A stretch of DNA of 64,000 nt from an uncultured Actinomycetes bacterium (GTDB lineage Bacteria > Actinomycetota > Thermoleophilia > Gaiellales > Gaiellaceae): assembly GCA_963842305.1 (NCBI GenBank), contig CAWJFW010000006.1, positions 7,722-71,721 on the forward strand, written 5' to 3'. Positions 54,574 through 63,855 of this stretch are shown here, in pieces. The position numbers were made by a program, and so were the translations under genes. The notes beneath the pieces were generated by a model that was not told the DNA's origin, searched no databases, and was given only the letters and a program-made list of their open reading frames with translations. Numbering within the stretch: the stretch's first letter is position 1; every line of letters starts with the position of its first letter.

Positions 54574-55067
54574 CCGCCGCCGGATGCGGCTTCGATCCTC
54601 GCGATCGTCTGGCGCATCTGCTGGATCGAGAGAAGCTGCTCGGTGGCCGTCTTCGCACCATCGAGGTCGTCGCTCGCGAGCAGGCCCTCGATGCGACCGA
54701 GCTGAGTCCGAAGCCCGCGGAGCCCGGAGGCGAGCTGCTCCTTCTGGGAGCCGAGCTCCTCCGGGACATCCGCCTCACTGACCTGTTCGATGAGCGTCTG
54801 GATCTGGTCCCGGAGCGGCCCGAGCTGTGCCGAGAACTGCTGAGTGGTCGTCGCCGAAGTGGGCAGCGCCTCGATCTTGTCGAGGAGCGCGCCGACCGCT
54901 ACTGCTTGCGCCTGTAAGTCGCTCGAATCCTCGGCGCCTCCGCCGCCGCCGTCTCCCCCGCCGCAGGCCGGGGTGAGCAGGAGGACGAGTGCGCCAGCGA
55001 GAACCGCTCCGATACGAGTTCGACGCGACGGCAGAGTGCGCCGGACTGTAGCGCTCTGCGCAGACAA
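54570..55067 (-). CDS. Helical lipoprotein, function unknown
   Basis: TTG 55067, signal peptide and lipobox (..ALVLLLTPAC), Gly-rich linker, then an all-helical Gln/Leu-rich domain. Lies 15 nt downstream of the S8 protease gene. Confidence 0.5.
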   Translation of the reverse strand: MSAQSATVRRTLPSRRTRIGAVLAGALVLLLTPACGGGDGGGGGAEDSSDLQAQAVAVGALLDKIEALPTSATTTQQFSAQLGPLRDQIQTLIEQVSEADVPEELGSQKEQLASGLRGLRTQLGRIEGLLASDDLDGAKTATEQLLSIQQMRQTIARIEAASGGG

Positions 55068-55081
55068 ATCAACCCCAGAGG

Positions 55082-57181
55082 TCAGACGATACGCCAGGTC
55101 CGGACGGGCGGTGTGGGGTCGACATTCCCGTTCGTGTCCATCGCCCGCACCTGGAACATGTGGTGGCCGTTCCCGAGGCCGGTGTACGTCTTGGGGGAGT
55201 TGCACGGCGTCCACGGGCCGTTCATGTGCTTGCACTGGAACTTCACGCCGGGTTCCGAGCCCGTGAACTTGAACGTCGCCCGATGCCGGCTCGTCCGACC
55301 GGAGGGGCCGCTCGTGATCGTCGTCGACGGCCCCGTGTCGTCGGGCGTGAGCCCCAGCGCCTTCGCAGCGTTCAGGCGGCCGCCCGTCATGACGTGGGGC
55401 ACGAGGCCCGGGACGGCGTCGACGCCGGCGAGAATGGCGGCCTTCAGATCGGCGACGGTCATCGTCGGGTCGTCGGCCAGGAGGAGGGCGGCGACGCCCG
55501 CGACGTGCGGCGTCGCCATCGACGTACCGTCGAGCGTCTGGTAGGCCGCGCCCGACTGGTTCAGGCACTTGACCGCGGTGTTGTCGACGTACGCTCCGTC
55601 GAAGACACCTGTCGGGTCGCTGAAGAACCCGAAGCGGAGGAACACCGTCGGCTCGCCGTCGAAGTCCGAGAGGTCGTCGGTGACGCGGAAGAACTTGCCG
55701 CTCGTCCCACCGGTCCAACTGCCGACGAGCGTCGATGCGCTCCCCGACGTTCCCGCCAGGACGTCGAAGAAGTCGAACTGCGGCTCGGCGTCGAGGCGCA
55801 GCCAGTTCTCGACGAGACAGCCCGACCGGCCTGCAAGGCTGAACGACGCCAGCCGCCGGATCGTCCGGTTCGCGTTGTTCGGATAGTTCGTGGTCGGCGA
55901 GTCGGCGAGGCTGTGCGTCCCCGCCTTCTCGTGCAGCGTCGTCCGGCCCCAGGCCGGCGCGCCGCCGGTCCGGTCGCCCCAGCGGTTGTTGAACGCCGAG
56001 TTGCTGCCCTCGTAGCCGTCAGGGAAGCCTGGAAGCGTCGAATACCTGGGCCAGGTGCTGCGGATGTCGACCCCTGGAGCCGCGAGGTGGACGGCCGCCG
56101 TTCCGCGGTTCGAGAAGTTGGCGATCGCATCGGTCGGCCCCGTCGCGGCGATGCAGAGGACGTTCGGCGCGCTCGTCGGGGCCCGGTGGAGCTCGCACGG
56201 ATACGACTCGTCGTCGTTGCCCGTGTTGGTATCGAGGTCCCAGCCGCTGTTCCCCGCCGCGAAGGCGAAGAGGGTGTCCGCGCACGAGGGGTCCGTGACG
56301 GCGTCGGCGATCGCCTGGCTGAACTGCGGCGCACCGAAGCTTCCGTTGACGACGTCGGCGCCGTTGTCGCAGGCGTACTCGATGGCGTCGACGATGTCCG
56401 CGTCCTCGAGGCTCCCGGCCGCGTTCGCAGCCCGCACCGGCATGATCGACACGTCCCAGTTGACGCCCGTGACGCCGGTGCCGTTGTCGCCTTCGGCGCC
56501 GATCGTGCCGGCGACGTGGGTGCCGTGGCCGTTGAAGTCGAGCGGCGCGTTGTCGTTCTGGACGAAGTCCCAGCCGCGGACGTCGTCAACGAACCCGTTG
56601 CCGTCGTCGTCGGTCGAGTTCCCGGGCGTCTCGCCCGGGTTCGACCAGATGTTGTCGTTCAGGTCCGGGTGCCCGTAGGAGACGCCGCTGTCGACGACGG
56701 CGACCACCACCCCTGCGTCACCGGTCGTCTGGTTCCAGGCCGAGGGCGCGTCGATGTCCTTGTCCGAGGGCTGGCTGAGGCCCCAGAGCTGGCCGAACAT
56801 GGGGTCGTTCGGCAGATCGCTGAGGGACCGGACGTGGTTCGGCTCCGCGTAGAGGACGTCGGGATCCTGTTCGAGCGCGGCCGCTGTTTCCTGCACAGAG
56901 GCGCCGCGCGGAAGCTTGACCAGCGAGAGACGAGGCACGCCGACGTTGCCTGCCGAGCGCGCCCCCTCGACCGCGAGCGAGGCCGACCGCTCCGAAGCCG
57001 TCGTGCCGCTGCGGAAGCGGACGAGCAGCTCACCCGGGACGTAGCTCGCCCGGCTCTCGGCCCTGGCGAGTGGCGCGAGCTCCACGGAGGTGGACGACGT
57101 CTGGCCCGCCCCGGCTCCGGAGACGACCCCGAGAACCAGCGCGAGCACACCGACCAGCAGCAACCGCCTTCGACCCCGCAT
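55082..57181 (-). CDS. Secreted S8 family (subtilisin-like) serine peptidase with propeptide and C-terminal beta domains
   Basis: Signal peptide; catalytic triad contexts VAVVDSGV (Asp), HGTHVAGTIGA (His), GTSMATPHVAGVAALL (Ser). Confidence 0.9.
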   Translation of the reverse strand: MRGRRRLLLVGVLALVLGVVSGAGAGQTSSTSVELAPLARAESRASYVPGELLVRFRSGTTASERSASLAVEGARSAGNVGVPRLSLVKLPRGASVQETAAALEQDPDVLYAEPNHVRSLSDLPNDPMFGQLWGLSQPSDKDIDAPSAWNQTTGDAGVVVAVVDSGVSYGHPDLNDNIWSNPGETPGNSTDDDGNGFVDDVRGWDFVQNDNAPLDFNGHGTHVAGTIGAEGDNGTGVTGVNWDVSIMPVRAANAAGSLEDADIVDAIEYACDNGADVVNGSFGAPQFSQAIADAVTDPSCADTLFAFAAGNSGWDLDTNTGNDDESYPCELHRAPTSAPNVLCIAATGPTDAIANFSNRGTAAVHLAAPGVDIRSTWPRYSTLPGFPDGYEGSNSAFNNRWGDRTGGAPAWGRTTLHEKAGTHSLADSPTTNYPNNANRTIRRLASFSLAGRSGCLVENWLRLDAEPQFDFFDVLAGTSGSASTLVGSWTGGTSGKFFRVTDDLSDFDGEPTVFLRFGFFSDPTGVFDGAYVDNTAVKCLNQSGAAYQTLDGTSMATPHVAGVAALLLADDPTMTVADLKAAILAGVDAVPGLVPHVMTGGRLNAAKALGLTPDDTGPSTTITSGPSGRTSRHRATFKFTGSEPGVKFQCKHMNGPWTPCNSPKTYTGLGNGHHMFQVRAMDTNGNVDPTPPVRTWRIV

Positions 57182-57229
57182 CTCGGATGATCTTGCCGGA
57201 GGATTCCGGAAAAAGGAAGTGCGCGGCAG

Positions 57230-58462
57230 TTAGTTCACCCGTCCGAGGAGGACGCAGCCGTTGTGGCCGCCGAGCCCCATCGCGTTCGAAAGCGCGACTC
57301 GGATTTCGGCGTTCCGCGCCTCGTTCGGGACGTAATCGAGATCGAGGTCCGGATCGGGGTGCTCGTAGTTGATCGTGGGCGGGATCGTGCCTTCGTGGAT
57401 CGCAAGCGCGCACGCGACGGCCTCGATCGCGCCCGCCGCGCCGAACATATGCCCGAGCATCGATTTCGTGGAGGAGACCGCCAGCTCGTAGGCGTGGTCG
57501 CCGAAGACCTCCTTGATCGCCTGCGTCTCGGCGAGGTCGCCGAGCGGCGTCCCGGTCCCGTGCGCGTTGATGTAGTCGACCTCGTCGGGGGAGACGCCCG
57601 CGCGCTGGAGCGCTGCGCGCATCATCGCCACGACGCCGCCCGACTCCGGGTCCGGCTGCAGCATGTGGTGCGCATCGTTCGATGCGCCGTAGCCGAGCAC
57701 CTCGGCGTAGATCGTGGCTCCCCGCGCCCGTGCCGCCTCGAGCTCCTCGAGGACCATCACTGCCGCGCCCTCGCCCATGACGAAGCCCTCGCGCGTGGCG
57801 TCGAATGGACGTGCGGCGCGGGGTGGGTCGCCGTTTCCGATTGCGAGCCCGCGCATCATGCAGAAGCCGGCGAGGATGAGCGGATGGATGCAGCCCTCGG
57901 TGCCACCGGCGATGACGACGTCTGCGTCACCGTGCCGGACCAGCTCCGCCGCCTCGCCGATCGCGTGCGAGCCGGTCGCGCAGGCCGACACAACTGCGTA
58001 GTTGGGGCCGCGAAGGCCGAACTCGATGGCGATCTGCCCGCTCGCGGAGTCGACCAGCACGTTGGCGAGGAATGTCGGCGAAACCCGGTCGGGGCCGCGC
58101 TCTCGCAGCACGTCGTACTGACGCATGAGCTCGTTGAACCCGCCGATGCAGTTGCCGACGATGACTCCGGCTCGTTCGGGATCGAAGCCGTTCAGCCCGG
58201 CGTCGCTGAGCGCTTCCTTCGCAGCGCTGAGCGCGAACAGCACGTTGCGGTCGAGCTTGCGCAGCTCCTTTGCCGAGACGGCGCCAGTCGGGTCGTAGTC
58301 CTCCTTCACCTCGGCCGCGATCTGAACCGGGAAGGCGCTCGGGTCGAACGCCTGGATGCGGTCGACGCCGCTCTCTCCGACAAGCAGGCGCTTCCAGGTT
58401 GTTCGCAGGTCGTTTCCGAGCGGGGTGACCGCTCCCATGCCGGTAATGACAACCTTCCTCAT
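57230..58462 (-). CDS. fabF: Beta-ketoacyl-ACP synthase II
   Basis: MRKVVITGMGAVTPLG.., active-site ..SACATG.., ..NAHGTGT.., ..GHNG.. motifs. Confidence 0.9.
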   Translation of the reverse strand: MRKVVITGMGAVTPLGNDLRTTWKRLLVGESGVDRIQAFDPSAFPVQIAAEVKEDYDPTGAVSAKELRKLDRNVLFALSAAKEALSDAGLNGFDPERAGVIVGNCIGGFNELMRQYDVLRERGPDRVSPTFLANVLVDSASGQIAIEFGLRGPNYAVVSACATGSHAIGEAAELVRHGDADVVIAGGTEGCIHPLILAGFCMMRGLAIGNGDPPRAARPFDATREGFVMGEGAAVMVLEELEAARARGATIYAEVLGYGASNDAHHMLQPDPESGGVVAMMRAALQRAGVSPDEVDYINAHGTGTPLGDLAETQAIKEVFGDHAYELAVSSTKSMLGHMFGAAGAIEAVACALAIHEGTIPPTINYEHPDPDLDLDYVPNEARNAEIRVALSNAMGLGGHNGCVLLGRVN

Positions 58463-58534
58463 GCTTTCTTAGACGCGAAGCCCTCCCATCCGGTTTCTCC
58501 CGCCGTTTCGACGACGGGCTGACAGAATCGAGAC

Positions 58535-59554
58535 GTGGCCGAGGAGTTCGAGACGCCCGCCGCGCTGCCCTTCCCGCCCATGGAGGCGGAGCTGGTCGAC
58601 GAGCTCCCCGGGGACGGCGAATGGCAGTTCGAGCCCAAGTGGGACGGGTTCCGCGGCATCGCCGAGAACCTCGGCGGGGAGTTCCACCTCTGGAGCCGGA
58701 ACGGACGGCCGCTGCTTCGGTACTTCCCGGAGCTCGCGGAGCTCGGCGACCGGCTTCCACCGCAGTCCGCGGTGGACGGCGAGATCGTTGTGGTCCGCGA
58801 CGGGGCCCTCGACTTCGACGCGCTCCAGATGCGCCTCCATCCCGCGGAGAGCCGGGTCAAGAAGCTCTCGGCGGAGATCCCGGCAGGCTTCGTCTGCTTC
58901 GACGTGCTCCTCTGGGACGGCGAAAACTTCCACGGCAGGCCGTTCGAGGAGCGCCGCGCGAAAGTGGAGAGGCTCCCCTTCGACGTCTCGCCCTCGACCC
59001 GCGACATCGACGAGGCCACGCACTGGCTCGAACGGCTCGAGGTCGCCGGGTTCGACGGCGTCATCGCCAAGCGGCTCGGCTCTCCCTACCTCCCGGGCTC
59101 GCGGGAAGCAGTGCAGAAGGTGAAGGGGGAGCGAACGGCCGACTGCGCGGTCATGGGCGTGACCTGGAGCGAGAAGGGCACGGGGATCGCCAGCCTCATG
59201 CTCGGGCTGTACGAGGGCGGCAAGCTCCGCCCGGTGGGATCGGCTCCCGCGACCGGCAAGAAGCGCGCGGAGATCCTCGAGCGCGTGGAGCCGCTCCTCG
59301 GCCCGAACCCGGAGCGGAAGCCGCGCGGCGCGCCGAGCCGCTGGAAGCCGAAGGCCGATCTCGAGTGGAGCCCGGTCCCGCCCGAGCTCGTCGTCGAGGT
59401 CCGCTACGACAAGTGGCAGAAAGGGCGCTTCCGCCACAACTCTCGCTTCCTCCGCTTCCGTCCCGACAAGGATCCGGAGCAGTGCACCGTCGCCCAGGTG
59501 CGCCCGCGGCCGAAGAAGGGCGACCCGACGGTCGCCGGGCTCCTGGGTAACTAG
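58535..59554 (+). CDS. ATP-dependent DNA ligase (LigD ligase-domain / LigC type)
   Basis: Adenylation motif I ..EPKWDGFR.., ..DGEIVV.., ..FDVL.. and an OB-fold C-terminus. Confidence 0.85.
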   Translation: MAEEFETPAALPFPPMEAELVDELPGDGEWQFEPKWDGFRGIAENLGGEFHLWSRNGRPLLRYFPELAELGDRLPPQSAVDGEIVVVRDGALDFDALQMRLHPAESRVKKLSAEIPAGFVCFDVLLWDGENFHGRPFEERRAKVERLPFDVSPSTRDIDEATHWLERLEVAGFDGVIAKRLGSPYLPGSREAVQKVKGERTADCAVMGVTWSEKGTGIASLMLGLYEGGKLRPVGSAPATGKKRAEILERVEPLLGPNPERKPRGAPSRWKPKADLEWSPVPPELVVEVRYDKWQKGRFRHNSRFLRFRPDKDPEQCTVAQVRPRPKKGDPTVAGLLGN

Positions 59555-60465
59555 CCCTGTAGCTCCGGAGGATCGAGGCCAAGCCGCTCGAAGCGCGCCT
59601 TCAGGCTGGCCTTGCGTCGCCACATCCCCTTGCTCAGGTCGCCGACCTCGGCGACGCGGATTCGCATCGTCTCCATCGTGAACGCCGCCGGGTCGACCTT
59701 GGGCACCTCCTCCCAGCTGAGGGGTGCCGACGCGCGCGCGTCGGGCGTGGGGCGAATGGAGTAGGCAGACGCGATCGTTCGATCGCGCGCGTTCTGGCCG
59801 AAGTCGACGAAGACGCCGCGTCGATCAGCGACCTTCCAGGTCGTCGTCGCCACGGTCTGATCGGCGATCCGCCGCTCGACCTCCTGCGCGAGCGCCTTGG
59901 CGAAGCGGCGCACGTCGGGAAAGCGGAGCTCAGGCTTGATCGGCGCAAGGATGTGAAACCCGGTCGCCCCGGACGTCTTGGGGAAGCTCGCCAGGCCGAG
60001 TTCGTCCATGACCTCCTTGACGACGAGCGCGATCTGCGGAACGAGGTCCCACGGGTTCCCCTCGGTCGGGTCGAGGTCGATGAGCAGGTAGTCGGGCCGC
60101 TCGGCGTCCGTCACTCGGGCATGCCAGGTGTGGAGCTCCAGGCATCCCAGGTTGACGATCCACGCGAGGCTGGCCGCATCGGTGACGACCGAGAAGTCGG
60201 CGGTGCGCCCGCTGCCCGGGAAGACGATGTGCACGGTCTCCAGCCAGTCGGGGTGCGGGTTGGGAACGCGCTTCTGGTAGAAGAACTCGCCCTCGACGCC
60301 GTTCGGGTACCGCTTCATCTGCATCGGCCGCCGCTCGACGTGGTTCAGGACGTACGGCGCCAGGTCGAGGTAGTAGCGGACGAGGTCGCCCTTCGTCAGC
60401 CCGGGGCCGGGGAAGTAGATCTTCTCGAGATTGGTCAGCGCGACCTCGCGGTGGCCGATGCGCAT
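59551..60465 (-). CDS. NHEJ polymerase/primase domain protein (LigD PolDom type)
   Basis: ..LTNLEKIYFP..G.TKGDL..YY.., ..DLDP.., ..KTSG..G.H... motifs. 4-bp convergent overlap with the ligase gene. Confidence 0.85.
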   Translation of the reverse strand: MRIGHREVALTNLEKIYFPGPGLTKGDLVRYYLDLAPYVLNHVERRPMQMKRYPNGVEGEFFYQKRVPNPHPDWLETVHIVFPGSGRTADFSVVTDAASLAWIVNLGCLELHTWHARVTDAERPDYLLIDLDPTEGNPWDLVPQIALVVKEVMDELGLASFPKTSGATGFHILAPIKPELRFPDVRRFAKALAQEVERRIADQTVATTTWKVADRRGVFVDFGQNARDRTIASAYSIRPTPDARASAPLSWEEVPKVDPAAFTMETMRIRVAEVGDLSKGMWRRKASLKARFERLGLDPPELQG

Positions 60466-60672
60466 CGCCAGCTACTTCACCGCGGCGCGGCGAATCCCCC
60501 TTCATGGGGACGGAATCCAGTCCCTCCCAGGTCATCATGCTGGGTGCCGGCTCCCCTCACATATCCCCCGGCGTCTGGCGAATGCCCGTTTCGGTCGTGC
60601 GGCTCCTAACCCACCGAGGCGGGCTTCGTCGCATCTTGGGGTCGAAGAGACGCTGGTACCATGGCCCGGCAC

Positions 60673-60763
60673 GGAGAAGTGGCCGAGTGGCTGAAGGCGG
60701 CGCCCTGCTAAGGCGTTAGGGGGGTGATTACCTCCCTCGAGGGTTCGAATCCCTCCTTCTCCG
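60673..60763 (+). tRNA. tRNA-Ser (anticodon GCU)
   Basis: GGAGAAG acceptor stem pairs with CTTCTCC; anticodon loop CUGCUAA; long variable arm; T arm GAGGG-TTCGAAT-CCCTC. Confidence 0.95.
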
Positions 60764-60791
60764 TTCCGCAGAGCGCTCGCACCAGACCGTC

Positions 60792-60880
60792 GGAGGGGTG
60801 GCAGAGCGGACGAATGCGGCGGTCTCGAAAACCGTTATCCGTCGTTAGGCGGATCGAGGGTTCGAATCCCTCCCCCTCCG
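60792..60880 (+). tRNA. tRNA-Ser (anticodon CGA)
   Basis: GGAGGGG acceptor stem pairs with CCCCTCC; anticodon loop CUCGAAA; long variable arm; T arm GAGGG-TTCGAAT-CCCTC. Confidence 0.95.
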
Positions 60881-60956
60881 CCTTCCCCTTGCTCGGGTTC
60901 GGCCCGGCGGCGAAACCACCGAGCGACATGGAGATGCCGAGGCCGACCCTTGCCGA

Positions 60957-62435
60957 TCAGGCGGCTTCGGCCGCCTCCGACTCGGACTCCGCCTCGGCCC
61001 CCATCTCCGGATGCTCGGCCGCATACGCACCCCGGCGGAGCAGCAGGCCACCGAGCGCCCCAGCGACCGCAGCGAACAAGGCGCCGACGAGGAACGCGAC
61101 GTGGTAGCCGCCCGCGAGCGCGGCAGCCTGGCTCTCGCCACCGGCGAGTAGAGCGTCCGTCCGCGACGCGGCCAGGCTGGCGAGAACGGCGAGCCCGAGC
61201 GCGCCTCCCATCATGAACGAGGTGTTGACGACACCTGAAGCAAGACCGGCCTCGGCCGGCTCCACGTCGCTCATCGCAGCGAGGAGCACCGGGTTGAACG
61301 CCATGCCGGCGCCGAGGCCGAGCAGGATCATGCTCGGCAGTACGTCGATGACGAAGGTTCCGTCGACCGGTGCCCGTGCGAAGAGCAGAAGCCCGAGCGA
61401 CGCCAAGAGCAGCCCGACAGCGAGCGGCGGCCTGATCCCAAATCGCATGACGAGCCGGGCCGAGAGCCAGATCGACACGGCGCCCATGATCAGGTTCCCC
61501 GGCAGGAACGCGAGCCCGACCTCGAGCGGGCTATAGCCGAGCACGAGCTGGAGGTAGAGCGCGGAGAGGAAGAACCACGCGAACATCGCCCCCGCCCAGA
61601 GGATCCCGACGACGTTGGAGACCACGATGTTGCGGAGCCGGAAGAGGCGAAGCGGAACCAGCGGCGATGCGACCCGCGCCTCGAGGAGGAGGAAGCCGGT
61701 GAGCAGCGCGGCCGCCGCGCCGAGCAGGCCCAGCGTCTGCGGGGTCAACCAGCCAACGTCGTTCCCGTTCACGATCGCGTAGACGGCGATCATCAACGAG
61801 ACGGTCACCGTAATCGCGCCCGCGATGTCGAGGCGCTCCGCGGCGGTCGCAATGCGAGCCGCCGGGATCAACATCACGGTCAATACGACGACGAGGATCC
61901 CGACCGGGACGTTGACGAGGAAGATCCAGTGCCAGCTCAAGACGTCGGTGATGATTCCGCCGAGGAGCACTCCGATCGAACCGCCCCCGGAGGCGACAAA
62001 GCCGAAGATCCCCATCGCCTTCGCCCGCTCGGCGGGCTCGGTGAACAGAGTCATCATCAGCGAGAGTGCGACCGCCGAGACGACTGCGGCTCCGAGACCC
62101 TGCACGGCCCGGGCGCCGACCAGGATCGCCTGAGAGGTCGCAAGCCCGCAGGCTGCCGAGGCGAGGGTGAAGAGCACTATCCCGCCCAGGAACAGCCGCC
62201 GATGGCCGAAGAGGTCTCCTAGGCGGCCGCCGAGCAAGAGGAATCCGCCAAATGTGATCAGGTACGCGTTTACCACCCACGCGAGGGACTCCTCGGAGAA
62301 CCCGAGATCCTCCCGAATCGACGGGAGCGCAACGCCGACAATCGTGACGTCGAGCACGATCATCAGGTCCCCAAGACAGAGCACGAGGAGAGCGAGCCAG
62401 CGCGTGCGATTCTCGAGAGTCATCGAATCCGCCAT
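60957..62435 (-). CDS. MFS transporter, DHA2 (EmrB/QacA-like, 14-TM)
   Basis: ..LDVTIVGVALPSI.., ..GRLGDLFGHRR.. and 14 hydrophobic segments. Confidence 0.85.
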   Translation of the reverse strand: MADSMTLENRTRWLALLVLCLGDLMIVLDVTIVGVALPSIREDLGFSEESLAWVVNAYLITFGGFLLLGGRLGDLFGHRRLFLGGIVLFTLASAACGLATSQAILVGARAVQGLGAAVVSAVALSLMMTLFTEPAERAKAMGIFGFVASGGGSIGVLLGGIITDVLSWHWIFLVNVPVGILVVVLTVMLIPAARIATAAERLDIAGAITVTVSLMIAVYAIVNGNDVGWLTPQTLGLLGAAAALLTGFLLLEARVASPLVPLRLFRLRNIVVSNVVGILWAGAMFAWFFLSALYLQLVLGYSPLEVGLAFLPGNLIMGAVSIWLSARLVMRFGIRPPLAVGLLLASLGLLLFARAPVDGTFVIDVLPSMILLGLGAGMAFNPVLLAAMSDVEPAEAGLASGVVNTSFMMGGALGLAVLASLAASRTDALLAGGESQAAALAGGYHVAFLVGALFAAVAGALGGLLLRRGAYAAEHPEMGAEAESESEAAEAA

Positions 62436-62557
62436 TCGTTTCCCTTACCAGACTCGCGAGGGACCGAAACTCATCGGTTGGCCCCGTTGCGTGTGGGATG
62501 TCACTGGTATCTCGGGTTGGCGGCCAGCGTCCTCCTGAAGACGCCGGGAGGAATCGG

Positions 62558-63038
62558 TTGAGAGAGATTCGCTTGGCGCTTCCCACTCTGCTGGCGCTGG
62601 TCGCACTTGCGGCGGTGGGGTGCGGCAACGGCGGCGGCGGACGAGGGATCCGCGACGGCGGAGACCGGAGCCACCGGCGGCGTCATGACCGGGACGTCAA
62701 CCACCGGCCCACCGAAGCTCATCGGCACCGTCGGATCCACCAACGACCCAGACGCCTACGAGATCCACCTCACAACCGGAGACGGGGCCGAGGTCACCAC
62801 CGTGCTCCCGCCGGGCGAATACATGCTCGAGATCGACGACCCGTCCACCATCCACGACTTCCATCTGGGCGGGCCGCGCGCCGCGGTCGACGTGGCCACC
62901 GATATCGCAGGTACGGGCGAGAAGACGGCCGTCGTCCTGCTCCAGGAGCCGGAGTCCTACATCTACTTCTGCGACGCGCACCCGGCCAGGATGAACGTGA
63001 CCTTCAGCATCCACGGCCGGATACGGACGCAGAACTAG
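62558..63038 (+). pseudogene. Cupredoxin-like lipoprotein gene with an apparent 1-nt frameshift between signal peptide and mature domain
   Basis: GGGAGG Shine-Dalgarno, then TTG 62558 encoding a lipoprotein signal (REIRLALPTLLALVALAAVGCGNGGGG) in one frame. From the GGCGGCGGCGG tract (about 62628-62641) the sensible protein continues in another frame (..DEGSATAETG...YIYFCDAHPARMNVTF, the copper-site C..H...M context). Confidence 0.55.
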
Positions 63039-63104
63039 AACGCCCATCGCAACGGGCGACATCACTGCTCGTGAGGCGTCGTCGGGCGGTCTCGACAGAG
63101 GGAG

Positions 63105-63725
63105 CTACAGCTGGATGCCGGCCGGAGCGTCGTGCCCCGCTTCGCGTTGGAAGTGGACCGAGCGCTCGACCGTTCTGAGCCACTCATATGCGAGGCCCTT
63201 CAGGCCAACGAGCTCGACGCCGCCGCGGGCCATGCGGGCGAGTCCCTGCGCGTGTGCGGTGCCCGGCGAGGCGACGGCGTCCTCGACGACGACCACGCGC
63301 TTCCCAAGGTCGAGCAGCCCGAAGGCCGACTGCGCGACGCACACGTCGGTCTCGAGCCCGCAGAGCACGACCGTCGCACGACCGTGTCGAGCGACGTCTT
63401 CGAGGATTGGATCGCAGGCGGAGAGGTCGAAGACCGGCTTCGGATGCCTGAGGGCCTCCGGAGGAAGCTCCTCCGCGATCGTCGAAGAGGTCGATCCGTT
63501 TCTTTCGGGCTCCTCCTCGGTGACGACAACCGGGACGTGAAGCCATCGTGCGAGCCTGCAGAGCCACCTGATTCGATCGACGAGCTCCGAGCGTTCGTCG
63601 TTCGGGAGCTTCCGGAGGAAGCCGTCCTGCGGGTCGATCACGGCGAGCAGACAGTCATCGACGTCGAGCAGGCGTCTCACGCGACCGGATTTTGCCAGGC
63701 GGAGGGCGTCGACTCGATTGCACAC
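63105..63725 (-). CDS. Isochorismatase-family cysteine hydrolase
   Basis: ..LLAVIDPQDGF.., ..VVLCGLETDVCVAQSA.. with the catalytic Cys context. GTG 63725 lies 1 nt after the stop of the upstream small ORF. Confidence 0.8.
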   Translation of the reverse strand: MCNRVDALRLAKSGRVRRLLDVDDCLLAVIDPQDGFLRKLPNDERSELVDRIRWLCRLARWLHVPVVVTEEEPERNGSTSSTIAEELPPEALRHPKPVFDLSACDPILEDVARHGRATVVLCGLETDVCVAQSAFGLLDLGKRVVVVEDAVASPGTAHAQGLARMARGGVELVGLKGLAYEWLRTVERSVHFQREAGHDAPAGIQL

Positions 63726-63726
63726 C

Positions 63727-63855
63727 CTAGCGACGCGGTGCCCCCATCCAACCCCGGTCTCCGAGGCGGCGGGAATCGAATCCGTAGAGGTACGCCAACG
63801 GGCCGATCAGAGCGAGAAACGCAAGGACGATGATGACCTCGACCAGGACTCTCAC
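63727..63855 (-). CDS. Possible 42-aa single-TM micro-protein
   Basis: Too short for the ORF track. GTG 63855 lies directly after AAGGGGAGGAGG. Encodes MRVLVEVIIVLAFLALIGPLAYLYGFDSRRLGDRGWMGAPRR. The stop is 1 nt from the isochorismatase start. The Shine-Dalgarno spacing is short. Confidence 0.35.
   Translation of the reverse strand: MRVLVEVIIVLAFLALIGPLAYLYGFDSRRLGDRGWMGAPRR

Noticed and set aside
57182-57229. The hairpin CCGGA-GGAT-TCCGG as a fabF terminator.
   Set aside because: The stem is only 5 bp, and the T-run lies on the wrong side for the minus-strand transcript.
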